Below are positions 1 through 8,580 of a stretch of 64,000 bases of DNA, one piece after another. The stretch is taken from contig JAGAWU010000049.1 in the NCBI GenBank assembly GCA_017941235.1, positions 2,497 through 66,496 of the forward strand, in the 5' to 3' direction. The notes below the pieces were generated by a model. It was not told the origin of the DNA. It saw only the letters and a program-made list of their open reading frames with translations, and did not search any database. Within the stretch, counting starts at the first letter, position 1. Each line of letters starts with the position of its first letter. The translations under genes and the position numbers were made by a program. This DNA is from Bacilli bacterium. Lineage in GTDB: Bacteria > Bacillota_I > Bacilli_A > RF39 > UBA660.

Positions 1-12
1 ATAAATAAAGAA

Positions 13-46
13 AATTAAAAAGTTAAAAAACTTTTTAATTTTTTTT
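13..46 (+). terminator. Intrinsic terminator of an off-window upstream + strand gene
   Basis: 10-bp stem AATTAAAAAG (13-22) / CTTTTTAATT (31-40) followed by a T6 run. Confidence 0.6.
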
Positions 47-57
47 AAAAAAAAGGG

Positions 58-86
58 TTGCATAGTATAAAATTATATGCTATGAT
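58..86 (+). promoter_or_regulatory. Sigma-A type promoter
   Basis: TTGCAT (58-63), 17-nt spacer, TATGAT (81-86). No ORF follows it for about 480 nt. Confidence 0.55.
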
Positions 87-92
87 ATATTC

Positions 93-511
93 AGTTAATA
101 GATAGGTATTAACTTAATCAGTTAGAGAATTTTTGATGGTTTGTGAAAATCGTTGAAGTGTAGTTCTCATTCTTGAGTTTAATTATTAATTCTTAATTGG
201 ATTAAGAAGTTAAATTCCACTGATTCAATAATAATTATAGTATTTACAATTTGTAGAAAATATAGTTATTATTCATCTTATTAGCTCAAATATCTCTATC
301 AAGAATGTGTAATCTTTAAGGTGATAGTTCTTGATAAACTATAAACGTATTTGAGTTAATATTTATATACCTGAATTTATCAAGCTATTAACTGGAATAC
401 GTATTTTGTGGAATCTTGATAAGAATTATGTTTGAGTACTGTCATACTTTAATGTAATTTAATGTTATCCACGGAAAAATATATTGTTTGACAGACAATA
501 TATTTTTTTTG
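93..511 (+). ncRNA. Candidate structured non-coding transcript of about 420 nt, family not recognised
   Basis: It lies between the promoter at 58-86 and a strong terminator (AAATATATTGT 477-487 / ACAATATATTT 495-505 plus T-run). The longest reading frames are about 9 codons. Stems: 94-100/107-113, 186-197/201-213, 227-239/261-273 (13 bp), 281-292/348-359 (12 bp), 297-305/328-336 (9 bp), 374-384/415-427. The downstream gene has its own promoter. Confidence 0.4.
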
Positions 512-517
512 TTTTAA

Positions 518-546
518 TTGACTTAATATTTCTTTTTTTATATAAT
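518..546 (+). promoter_or_regulatory. Sigma-A type promoter of the zinc-ribbon membrane protein gene
   Basis: TTGACT (518-523), 17-nt spacer, TATAAT (541-546). It lies downstream of the terminator at 477-510. Confidence 0.6.
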
Positions 547-576
547 TATAATTGTGAAAAATGGGAGGTAGTAAAT

Positions 577-1035
577 ATGAAAAAATGTATAAAATGTGGC
601 TTTGAAGTTGAGGATGATTCATTATTTTGTCATAATTGTGGCTATAGAATGGAAGAGTTTAATAACAATAATGTAAATACGAATATTAAAACTTCAAATA
701 GTAAAACTAGTGGTTTAAGTATAGCTGGTTTTGTAATTAGTATGATTTGTACTTTGTTTGGGGCTAGTATTTTTTTACAATTATCAACAGGAGTTGATAA
801 ATTAAATCAAATGTTACTTGATTATTCTACTGAAGGAGAACAAATAGGAGCTATAATTGGCTTTATAATAGGTTTTACTGCATTTAATTTTGTTCCTGGT
901 ATAGTAGGGGCTATACTTTCTGGAATAGGTATGACTAAAAAGAAAGATGCTATATCTATAATAGGTTTAATACTTAATATTATGTCTGTTTTAGTTTGCA
1001 TTTTTGTATCTTTTTACATTATTATGAATGTTTAG
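577..1035 (+). CDS. Zinc-ribbon membrane protein (N-terminal CxxC...CxxC followed by hydrophobic helices)
   Basis: ATG at 577 is preceded by GGGAGG (563-568). The protein has KCIKCG...FCHNCG followed by hydrophobic segments. The track start at 484 falls inside the terminator and promoter, so I moved the start. Confidence 0.7.
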   Translation: MKKCIKCGFEVEDDSLFCHNCGYRMEEFNNNNVNTNIKTSNSKTSGLSIAGFVISMICTLFGASIFLQLSTGVDKLNQMLLDYSTEGEQIGAIIGFIIGFTAFNFVPGIVGAILSGIGMTKKKDAISIIGLILNIMSVLVCIFVSFYIIMNV

Positions 1036-1044
1036 AGTTTTATA

Positions 1045-1542
1045 ATGATTTTTGGATATAAAGCATTTAACTCTGATTGTACTAATAGATATGGACAAGT
1101 ATTTGAAGCTTGTAAATTTTATGATTCAAATGATAAAAATATAAAATTTCAGAAAACAGGTTTTCATTTCTGTAAAAGATTAGAAGATACTCTTAGATAT
1201 TATGATGGATTTTCTGATATTAAAATAGCTAGAGTTGTTGGGATTGGAAAAATAGATGAGTATGAAGATAATTATTATGGATATTATGAAATGTATTCAG
1301 CTGAAAAGATTTATATTTCACGTTTTTTATCTAGAAATGAGATTTATCAATATATATTTGATATAGCTAAAAATAATTCTTATTTTAATGATAGAGTTAT
1401 TAGATTTGTTAGTGGCTTTAAAATTAATGAAGAAGAGCAAAGAAAATTAATTGATATTACCAGTAGCATAAATGAAAAGAAAAGATTAGTTAAAGCTATT
1501 AAGTATTATCAATATGGTGATAAGGATGTATATAATAATTAA
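1045..1542 (+). CDS. Hypothetical protein
   Basis: 165-codon ORF immediately downstream of the previous gene. Composition looks coding, and no family was recognised with confidence. Confidence 0.6.
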   Translation: MIFGYKAFNSDCTNRYGQVFEACKFYDSNDKNIKFQKTGFHFCKRLEDTLRYYDGFSDIKIARVVGIGKIDEYEDNYYGYYEMYSAEKIYISRFLSRNEIYQYIFDIAKNNSYFNDRVIRFVSGFKINEEEQRKLIDITSSINEKKRLVKAIKYYQYGDKDVYNN

Positions 1543-1549
1543 AAAACAC

Positions 1550-1578
1550 TTGAAAAAATATTTAATTAAGTATATAAT
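1550..1578 (+). promoter_or_regulatory. Sigma-A type promoter of yceD-rpmF
   Basis: TTGAAA (1550-1555), 17-nt spacer, TATAAT (1573-1578). Confidence 0.6.
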
Positions 1579-1597
1579 TAATTGCGGATGTGATTAG

Positions 1598-2071
1598 ATG
1601 GGATTAATAGATTTAAGTTTATTACATAGTAATGCTACTTCCGAAATTAAACTTGATGGTGTTTATAGTATTCCTAGTGAATATTATAAAGATACTGATG
1701 TTAAGAAGATTGATAATGTTTCTATTAAGGGGACAATATCAAGAGAAACTGATGATATTGATTTTGTAGATTGTGATATAAATGGAGTTATGATTTTACA
1801 AGATGCGGTTTCTTTAGAAGATGTAGATTATCCATTTTCTATTCACTTAGAAGGAAATTTAGAAGATTTTGCTACAAATTTTGAAAATACTCTTGATATT
1901 TCAGAGTTTTTGTGGGAAAATATTGTTCTAGAGATTCCCTTGAGGTTTACGAAGGTAGAGGATCTCAGTAAGTTTCATGGGGATGGATGGAAACTTGTTA
2001 GTGAAGAAGATATTATTTCTTCAAATAATCCATTTAAAGAATACTTAAAAAATAATGACGAAGAGGAGTGA
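1598..2071 (+). CDS. yceD: YceD/DUF177 family protein (partner of L32)
   Basis: Acidic protein of about 157 aa directly upstream of rpmF, which is the conserved yceD-rpmF arrangement. The C-terminal part has the ...LEIPLRF... motif region. Confidence 0.75.
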   Translation: MGLIDLSLLHSNATSEIKLDGVYSIPSEYYKDTDVKKIDNVSIKGTISRETDDIDFVDCDINGVMILQDAVSLEDVDYPFSIHLEGNLEDFATNFENTLDISEFLWENIVLEIPLRFTKVEDLSKFHGDGWKLVSEEDIISSNNPFKEYLKNNDEEE

Positions 2072-2075
2072 TAAT

Positions 2076-2291
2076 ATGATGAAATTAAATATTCAATTAT
2101 TTGCTGTACCATTCCGTAAAGTTTCTAAAACAAGAAAAAGAATGAGAAGAGCTCATAATGCAATGGAAATGCCTGGTGTTACTAAGTGCTCAAATTGTGG
2201 TGAAGTAATTAAACCTCATAGAGTTTGTCCAAAATGTGGTAACTACAAAGGAAAAGAAGTTGTTGTAAAAAATGAAGAAACAGAAGCATAG
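2076..2291 (+). CDS. rpmF: 50S ribosomal protein L32 with a 9-residue N-terminal extension
   Basis: [18 protein letters not shown] plus CSNCG...CPKCG are the L32 hallmarks. GAGGAG (2063-2068) lies 7 nt before ATG 2076. No start codon lies directly before the AVPF sequence. Confidence 0.9.
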   Translation: MMKLNIQLFAVPFRKVSKTRKRMRRAHNAMEMPGVTKCSNCGEVIKPHRVCPKCGNYKGKEVVVKNEETEA

Positions 2292-2385
2292 TTTCTTTTT
2301 TTTCTTTAAAAAAATTATAGTATGTGATATAATTGTTCTAGAGTGAGTTCGCTCACGAATATATTTAATTAATAGGAGGAAAATA

Positions 2386-3519
2386 ATGGCATTAATTAAA
2401 GCTTTAACTAGTGCTGCAAGTTCAGCACTTGGTGATCAATTTAAAGAATATGTTACTTGTCCTGAAGTTAACAATAATGTAATTGTTCAACGCGGAGAAG
2501 TTCATCATGGAAGTGGTAATCCTGGAGCATCTGAAGGAATCATTTCTAATGGTAGTGCAATTGTAATACCTGAAGGAATGGCTATGATGATCGTAGATAA
2601 TGGTAAAGTTCAAGAATTCTCTGCTGAACCTGGAACATTTACTTGGGATACAAGTAGTGAACCATCAATCTTTACAGGAGGACTTGGAAAAGGTATTTTA
2701 GATACATTCAAAACTATTGGTAGTCGTTTTACTTTTGGTGGACAAACTGCTAAAGATCAAAGAGTTTATTATATCAATATTAAAACTATACCTGGTATGC
2801 CTTTTGGTTCTCAACAACCTGAAACAATTATGGATTCAGTATATGGTAGTGTTCAAATTACTTATAATGGTAATTTTGATATCAAAGTTGATGATCCACT
2901 TATTTTAGTAAATAATTTTGTTGGAGCTAATGCAAAAGATACATTAACATTTGATGATATTTTCTCATCTGATAGTGGAAATCAATTAAAATTTGATTTT
3001 GCACAAAATGTTAGTGCTGGAATCAGTGATGTTATGACTGAAGAAGGAATATCATTTAGAGAAATTCAAGGTTCAAAAGGAAAAATGGCTATCGTTAAAA
3101 AGATGCAAGATTTACTTGACGAGTCTTGGAGAAGTCAATATGGTATTATAGTTGGAAATGTTACATTACGTATCAATGCTACTGAAGAATCTGCTAAGAA
3201 GATTTCTGATGCTGACATGGAAATTTCTACTAGAAAACGTATGGCTAACGAAATGTCTGAAGTTTACGCTAATAATCCTAATGCAAAAGATACTGAACTT
3301 GTTGATGTTCTAAGAACTGCTGCAGGTAATGAAAATGGTGCAATGATGGGTATTATGGGTGCTACTTTAGGACAAAATGCTACTAATATAGTAGGTGGAG
3401 TTACTGGAGGACCTACTCAAACTGCTGGTAATGCACAAGGTGTTGCTGGTTATTGTTCAAATTGTGGAGCTCCAGCGAGTGGAAACTACTGTTCTAAATG
3501 TGGAACTAAATTACAATAA
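2386..3519 (+). CDS. SPFH-domain protein with C-terminal double zinc ribbon (YdjI / COG4260-like)
   Basis: N-terminus MALIKALTSA...GDQFKEY, a long SPFH-like body, and a C-terminal CSNCG...CSKCG. AGGAGG precedes the ATG. Confidence 0.7.
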   Translation: MALIKALTSAASSALGDQFKEYVTCPEVNNNVIVQRGEVHHGSGNPGASEGIISNGSAIVIPEGMAMMIVDNGKVQEFSAEPGTFTWDTSSEPSIFTGGLGKGILDTFKTIGSRFTFGGQTAKDQRVYYINIKTIPGMPFGSQQPETIMDSVYGSVQITYNGNFDIKVDDPLILVNNFVGANAKDTLTFDDIFSSDSGNQLKFDFAQNVSAGISDVMTEEGISFREIQGSKGKMAIVKKMQDLLDESWRSQYGIIVGNVTLRINATEESAKKISDADMEISTRKRMANEMSEVYANNPNAKDTELVDVLRTAAGNENGAMMGIMGATLGQNATNIVGGVTGGPTQTAGNAQGVAGYCSNCGAPASGNYCSKCGTKLQ

Positions 3520-3530
3520 TTAAAGTTAAA

Positions 3531-3559
3531 GTTCATGATTAATTCATGAGCTTTTTTTT
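3531..3559 (+). terminator. Intrinsic terminator
   Basis: 8-bp stem within GTTCATGATTAATTCATGAGC (3531-3551) followed by a T8 run. Confidence 0.75.
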
Positions 3560-3651
3560 GTTTTAAAAGAAAAACTTCTAGAAGTTATCAATTAATATAA
3601 TTATATAAAAGTTTTGTATTTTGTTGTATAATATATGTTGGAGTGATTAAT

Positions 3652-4344
3652 ATGACTTTAAAAATTAAAAACTTATCTAAAAGCTATGGCAAAAAAGAAA
3701 TACTTGATAATGTTAGTTTTACTTTTGAAAGTAATAAAATCTATGGTATTGTTGGTAGAAATGGAGTGGGTAAAACAACTTTTTTTGAAGTTTTAAATAA
3801 AGATACACCTTATAATGATGGTAGTATTAAAATTGATAATAATGATATAGATGAGAATGTATCTTTGATACCTGCTACTCCTAATGTACCTCCTTTTTTA
3901 ACTGGTAGGGAGTTTGTAAGCTTTTTCTTAGAACTTAACAAAGATAAACTAAAAAATCCTAAGACTATTGATGAATACTTTAAAATGATTGATATTTCTC
4001 CTAGTGATCAAAATAAGATTATGAAAAACTATTCTACAGGAATGAAAAATAAGATAGAAACACTATTAGGTATTATTAGTGAGAAAGAAGTACTTTTATT
4101 AGATGAACCACTTACTAGTTTAGATATAGTTGTTCAAGAAGAAGTAAAAAAACTGCTTAAGTCTGTTAAGAAAGATAGAATTATCATAGTTACTACACAT
4201 ATACTTGATATTGCACTTGATTTGTGCGACGAAATAATTATATTAAAAGATAAAAAATTTGAACTTATAGATTCAAAAAATTTAGAGAAAAAAGCTTATC
4301 GTGATTCAATAATTAAGGCATTAAAGGATAAAAATAATGATTAA
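3652..4344 (+). CDS. ABC transporter ATP-binding protein
   Basis: Walker A GRNGVGKTT, signature YSTGMKNK, Walker B LLLDEP. ATG 3652 follows TTGGAG, and the track start at 3643 is a GTG inside the SD. Confidence 0.85.
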   Translation: MTLKIKNLSKSYGKKEILDNVSFTFESNKIYGIVGRNGVGKTTFFEVLNKDTPYNDGSIKIDNNDIDENVSLIPATPNVPPFLTGREFVSFFLELNKDKLKNPKTIDEYFKMIDISPSDQNKIMKNYSTGMKNKIETLLGIISEKEVLLLDEPLTSLDIVVQEEVKKLLKSVKKDRIIIVTTHILDIALDLCDEIIILKDKKFELIDSKNLEKKAYRDSIIKALKDKNND

Positions 4345-5863
4345 GGATATTTTATTTAAATCGAAAGTTGAGATGACTATGCTGTTAAATTCTAGATTAT
4401 TTCAATTGAAGAAATTAGGATTTGTTAAAGATAGTAATATTTCTTCTTTTACTAAAAATATAGCTATTTTCTCAGGCGTTTTTATAAATATTATTAGAAA
4501 TCTTGCTCTTAACTTGTTTTACTTTTTTAATATATATTTAATAATTAAACTTATTAATAAAGAGTTTAATCCTAATATATTTATATTAGTTTATATTGGT
4601 TTGACAATTTTTGGCTCTTTAATTAATTCTAAAGCATTAAAAACTTCTAATACTAAGTATCATTCTATTATTCTTCTTAATATGAATACTAAGAGTTATA
4701 CTTTATCTGATATATTTTCAAATGTAGTATTAAGTTTTATTTTTCAATTTGTTTCATTTTTAATACTTAAATCTAAATTAGAAATTGGTTTATCTTTAAT
4801 TTTTAATTTAACTTTGTTTATGATGTTTACTAAATTAATAGGTGAGGTATTTAGTATTTCATATTTTAAAAGATTTAAGAATTTATTTTTGAATAATACT
4901 ATTTTATATTTTGGAATACTTATTTTTTTGATAGTTGGATCTGTTATATTATCTGTTTTTAAGTGTTACATCTCTTTGGATTTACTTGTTTATATTAATT
5001 TAATCCTTATGGTGTTTTCTATTATATCTGTTATATACTTAGTTACTTTTAAAGAATATAAATATTTATATAGGAGACTTATAAATATTACTAAGTATAG
5101 TGATGATAATAGTATGGAGTTTTCTATTAATAATAGGTTATATTCTATTGATGATTTTAAGAGTCCTTTAGACTTTTTAAATAGGGTTTTCTTTAAGAGG
5201 TATTCTAGTACCATTTTATCTCCTATATATAGGGATACTATTATTATAGGGGTTTTAGGATCTGTACTTAATATACTTTGTTTATATGATATTAATGCTG
5301 GTATATATATTTCTTCTTATGTACTTAAGTATTTCATGTTTTCATATTTATTTATATATCTTTTAAATAAAACATCTTTTATTACTAAGATTATGTTTAA
5401 TTCTTGCGATAAGTCGCTTATGAGTTATAGTTTCTATAATGATAGGGAGATTTCAATTAAATTATTTGGTAAGAGATTAAGAACTCTTTTATTTGTTAAT
5501 CTTCTTCCTGTATTTATTTTTTCAGTTTTAATATCTATATTTTTACTATTAACTACTAATATAAGTGCTATTTCTCTTATATTAATGTTTATTTGTTTTA
5601 ATTTATTATCTATGTTTTTTACTACACATTTTTTATCTATGTATTACTTATTAAAACCTTATGATAAGGATTCTAAAGTTGTTGATTTAAGATATCAAGT
5701 TATTAATTCTATTGTTGTTATTTTATTGTTTGTGATAGTTGGTTTAAAAGTTAAATTTGATTTAATTTTTGGTTTTACTTCTTGTTTTTGCTTACTATAT
5801 ATAGTTATTATTTTGTTATTTGTTTATAATAAGAAGACTAGTTTTTTAAAGTCAATACATTAG
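4337..5863 (+). CDS. Polytopic membrane protein, putative permease partner of the ABC ATPase
   Basis: Its start overlaps the stop of the ATPase gene (ATGA). More than 10 hydrophobic segments. No family recognised. Confidence 0.6.
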   Translation: MIKDILFKSKVEMTMLLNSRLFQLKKLGFVKDSNISSFTKNIAIFSGVFINIIRNLALNLFYFFNIYLIIKLINKEFNPNIFILVYIGLTIFGSLINSKALKTSNTKYHSIILLNMNTKSYTLSDIFSNVVLSFIFQFVSFLILKSKLEIGLSLIFNLTLFMMFTKLIGEVFSISYFKRFKNLFLNNTILYFGILIFLIVGSVILSVFKCYISLDLLVYINLILMVFSIISVIYLVTFKEYKYLYRRLINITKYSDDNSMEFSINNRLYSIDDFKSPLDFLNRVFFKRYSSTILSPIYRDTIIIGVLGSVLNILCLYDINAGIYISSYVLKYFMFSYLFIYLLNKTSFITKIMFNSCDKSLMSYSFYNDREISIKLFGKRLRTLLFVNLLPVFIFSVLISIFLLLTTNISAISLILMFICFNLLSMFFTTHFLSMYYLLKPYDKDSKVVDLRYQVINSIVVILLFVIVGLKVKFDLIFGFTSCFCLLYIVIILLFVYNKKTSFLKSIH

Positions 5864-5881
5864 CATGAAGTTTTACATAAA

Positions 5882-5910
5882 TTGACAAATTTTAATATTT
5901 GTAGTATAAT
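5882..5910 (+). promoter_or_regulatory. Consensus sigma-A promoter
   Basis: TTGACA (5882-5887), 17-nt spacer, TATAAT (5905-5910). A 9-bp 5'UTR hairpin ATTGTTTCT/AGAAACAAT follows. Confidence 0.7.
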
Positions 5911-5954
5911 TTGTATATATTGTTTCTCTTAGAAACAATTAGAGGTGGAAATTA

Positions 5955-6611
5955 ATGAATAAGTTAAATAATATTGCTAAGGGGATTTCTACAGTTGGGC
6001 TGTCGTTAATTCTTGTTGCAATGGTAATGTTAAATGGTTATAGTCTATCTGATATGAATATATCTGATAGTGTTGCTATTACTAGTGATAAAGAAATAAA
6101 AGAGAGTAATAATTCAAATATTACTAATACTAATATTATGAATATGTCTTTAAGTACTGAGAGTAATCGTGAGATAGCTGAAGCTGTTTCGTTAAGACTT
6201 GAGGTTTATGATGGATTAACAATTGAGGAGCTTAGTGCTAAACTTGATAGAAGTTTAGGTAATGCAGCACTTAGTCGAAAAGGTTATTTAATTGCTAGTT
6301 ATTGTTTATCTAAGGGTGTTGATCCTTATATAGCAACTGCAATTATGATTCATGAAACTGGTAGAGGTACTAGTAGAATGGCTAGAGAATGTCATAATGT
6401 TGCTGGTCAAAAGGGTGCCCCTAGTTGTATGGGTTCTTATAAAGGATATCCTAGTATAGACGACGGTATTAGAGGAGCTATAGATAATCTTTACAATAAT
6501 TATTATGCTAGAGGACTTAATACTGTTGAAAAGATAGGGCCTAGATATGCTGAAAGTTCAACTTGGTTTTCTATGATTAATGGTTATATAAATAGTATAA
6601 GAAATAAATAA
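5955..6611 (+). CDS. Membrane-anchored glucosaminidase-domain (LytD-like) cell-wall hydrolase
   Basis: N-terminal hydrophobic anchor, then ...ATAIMIHETGRGTS...GQKG...Y.S....I, which resembles the mannosyl-glycoprotein endo-beta-N-acetylglucosaminidase domain. Confidence 0.6.
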   Translation: MNKLNNIAKGISTVGLSLILVAMVMLNGYSLSDMNISDSVAITSDKEIKESNNSNITNTNIMNMSLSTESNREIAEAVSLRLEVYDGLTIEELSAKLDRSLGNAALSRKGYLIASYCLSKGVDPYIATAIMIHETGRGTSRMARECHNVAGQKGAPSCMGSYKGYPSIDDGIRGAIDNLYNNYYARGLNTVEKIGPRYAESSTWFSMINGYINSIRNK

Positions 6612-6655
6612 TAAGAGTTAGATTTCTAACTTTATTAAAAATTTAATAATATAAT

Positions 6656-6692
6656 AAAAAATATTAGGTTTAAAATAACCTAATATTTTTTT
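6656..6692. terminator. Bidirectional intrinsic terminator between convergent genes
   Basis: ATATTAGGTT (6661-6670) / AACCTAATAT (6677-6686), flanked by an A5 run and a T6 run. Confidence 0.75.
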
Positions 6693-7341
6693 ATTTTACT
6701 AATGCTTCGTGAATCTCTTCTTCGATATTATCTACATCTAGTTCTAAAATACGGTCGACTCTACATTTTTCTGATATAAGTATCGCATTTACTTTTTCTA
6801 CTGCATTTTTAACTTCGTCATTTACTACAACATAGTTATATTTTCCAACTTCGTTTATCTCTTCATATGCTCTTAAGAAACGTTTATCTATTTTTTCTTT
6901 ATCTTCTGTTCCTCTTCCTTCAAGTCTTCTTTTTAATTCTTTCATACTTGGTGGAAGTATAAATATAAATAGTGTTTCAGGAAGTAAATTTTTTATCTTT
7001 AAAGCACCTTGTATTTCGATAACTAAGATTACATCTTCACCATTATTTAAATGTTCTTCAATACTTTTCTTAGGTGTTCCATAATAATTTCCTGCATACT
7101 TTGCATATTCTAAGAATCCATCATTCTCTATTTCTTTTTCAAATTCTTCTTCTGATAAGAAAAAATACTCAACACCATCTTTTTCGTTACCTCTAGGTGC
7201 TCTACTAGTGCATGATATGGATAACCATAAGTTTTTATTTTTCTTTAATAAACTATTTACTATTGTATCTTTACCACAACCAGATGGTCCTGAGATTACA
7301 TATAATTGTCCTCTTTTTTTAGTCTTTATCATAATTTTCAC
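6691..7341 (-). CDS. gmk: Guanylate kinase
   Basis: P-loop GPSGCGKDT, then ...TSRAPRGNEKDGVEYFF... and GNYYGT motifs. Confidence 0.9.
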   Translation of the reverse strand: MKIMIKTKKRGQLYVISGPSGCGKDTIVNSLLKKNKNLWLSISCTSRAPRGNEKDGVEYFFLSEEEFEKEIENDGFLEYAKYAGNYYGTPKKSIEEHLNNGEDVILVIEIQGALKIKNLLPETLFIFILPPSMKELKRRLEGRGTEDKEKIDKRFLRAYEEINEVGKYNYVVVNDEVKNAVEKVNAILISEKCRVDRILELDVDNIEEEIHEALVK

Positions 7342-8467
7342 TCCTTAAATGATTTTTATATTCTTCTTCTATTAATTTTTTATCATTATTTATTAAATTA
7401 TATATTATTGTTGTATCAAGTTCTAGTTTTAACATATCATAGTCTCTAATAAATTTACTTATTATAGGTATTTCTACATCTTTTTTGATACTATTTAAAT
7501 ATTTTCTTCCTTTATCATTAAAACCTAGTATTCTAATGTATTCTAAGTTTTTCATATTTTTTGCCATTTCTTTAGTGAAACCAACTAGAATATGAAGTAG
7601 CATTCTAGATAATTTGTTATATGTATATCTTTTTGATTTTAACTTTTCTATTAATTCTTCATAAGAATATGAATCATTTATAACTTTTTTTAATTTTAAA
7701 TCAATTCCTTCAGTTACATCTTGGTATATACTTAAATCTTTTTCAGTTATTATTTTATACTTTAAGAATTTAAAGTAATCTTCTTTAAAATGTAAATCAG
7801 TTAAATACTTATTTACAAATTCTGGTACTGCTTCTTTAATGTTTCGCTTTTCTTTTAAAGCTTCTCTTATAGCAGTAGCACTTGATATTTCTTTTATTTC
7901 CTTGTCATGATAATCATTTGTTCTTTTTATACATATTGGTTTAATTTTATAATTGTTTTCTAATATTGTTTTGATATAGCTTACTCCAAGTAAGTCATTT
8001 GGAGCATTTACAATTTTACCTGTTAAATCTTTAACTGCATTACTAAGTGCGGTAGGGTAATTGTAGCCAAACTTAGAATATATTTTAACTAGTTTATCAA
8101 AATCTTCATTATCTATTTGGCATTTAGCTATTTCTATTAGATCATCTATATTATTTTCTTCACTTCCAAATACTAGTTTTTCAACTTTTAGATTTTCTAG
8201 GATACTAATAGCACCATAACTAAAATAATCAGCTGATGAAGTAGCAAATGGAAAAGGAAGTTCAACTATTAGATCAATACCAGCAAGTTTTGCTATTTCA
8301 GTTTTTTTCCATTTATCAATAATTGAAAAGTCACCACGTTCAGTATAATTACCACTTAATACAAGAATAATGGTATCGTCTTTATAAAGTTCTTTAATCT
8401 TATTTAAGTGATAAAGATGACCATTGTGAAATGGGTTATATTCACATATAATTCCTACACTTGACAT
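7319..8467 (-). CDS. tmcAL: tRNA(Met) cytidine acetate ligase (YlbM / TmcAL family nucleotidyltransferase)
   Basis: N-terminal GIICEYNPFHNGHLYH motif. Length of about 380 aa. Confidence 0.8.
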   Translation of the reverse strand: MSSVGIICEYNPFHNGHLYHLNKIKELYKDDTIILVLSGNYTERGDFSIIDKWKKTEIAKLAGIDLIVELPFPFATSSADYFSYGAISILENLKVEKLVFGSEENNIDDLIEIAKCQIDNEDFDKLVKIYSKFGYNYPTALSNAVKDLTGKIVNAPNDLLGVSYIKTILENNYKIKPICIKRTNDYHDKEIKEISSATAIREALKEKRNIKEAVPEFVNKYLTDLHFKEDYFKFLKYKIITEKDLSIYQDVTEGIDLKLKKVINDSYSYEELIEKLKSKRYTYNKLSRMLLHILVGFTKEMAKNMKNLEYIRILGFNDKGRKYLNSIKKDVEIPIISKFIRDYDMLKLELDTTIIYNLINNDKKLIEEEYKNHLRSENYDKD

Positions 8468-8580
8468 ATTTTCCCCTTTCTAAAATATTTGTATATATTT
8501 TAGCTTTTTATTTACTTAAAGTCAATTGTTGACTTAGAAAAATATATATTTTAAAATATTAATAGATTAGTGGTGGTTTT

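Noticed and set aside
405-473. DnaA-box-like sequences (TTATCCACg at 465-473 and TGTGGAAT at about 406-413), which might suggest a replication origin.
   Set aside because: There are only two imperfect boxes, no dnaA or dnaN context, and no box cluster with a DNA-unwinding element. They are better explained as chance matches within the candidate RNA.
484-576. The 31-codon N-terminal extension of the zinc-ribbon protein ORF, from the track start at 484.
   Set aside because: This stretch overlaps the terminator hairpin (477-505) and the TTGACT-17-TATAAT promoter. The ATG at 577 has a GGGAGG SD and begins the CxxC zinc ribbon.
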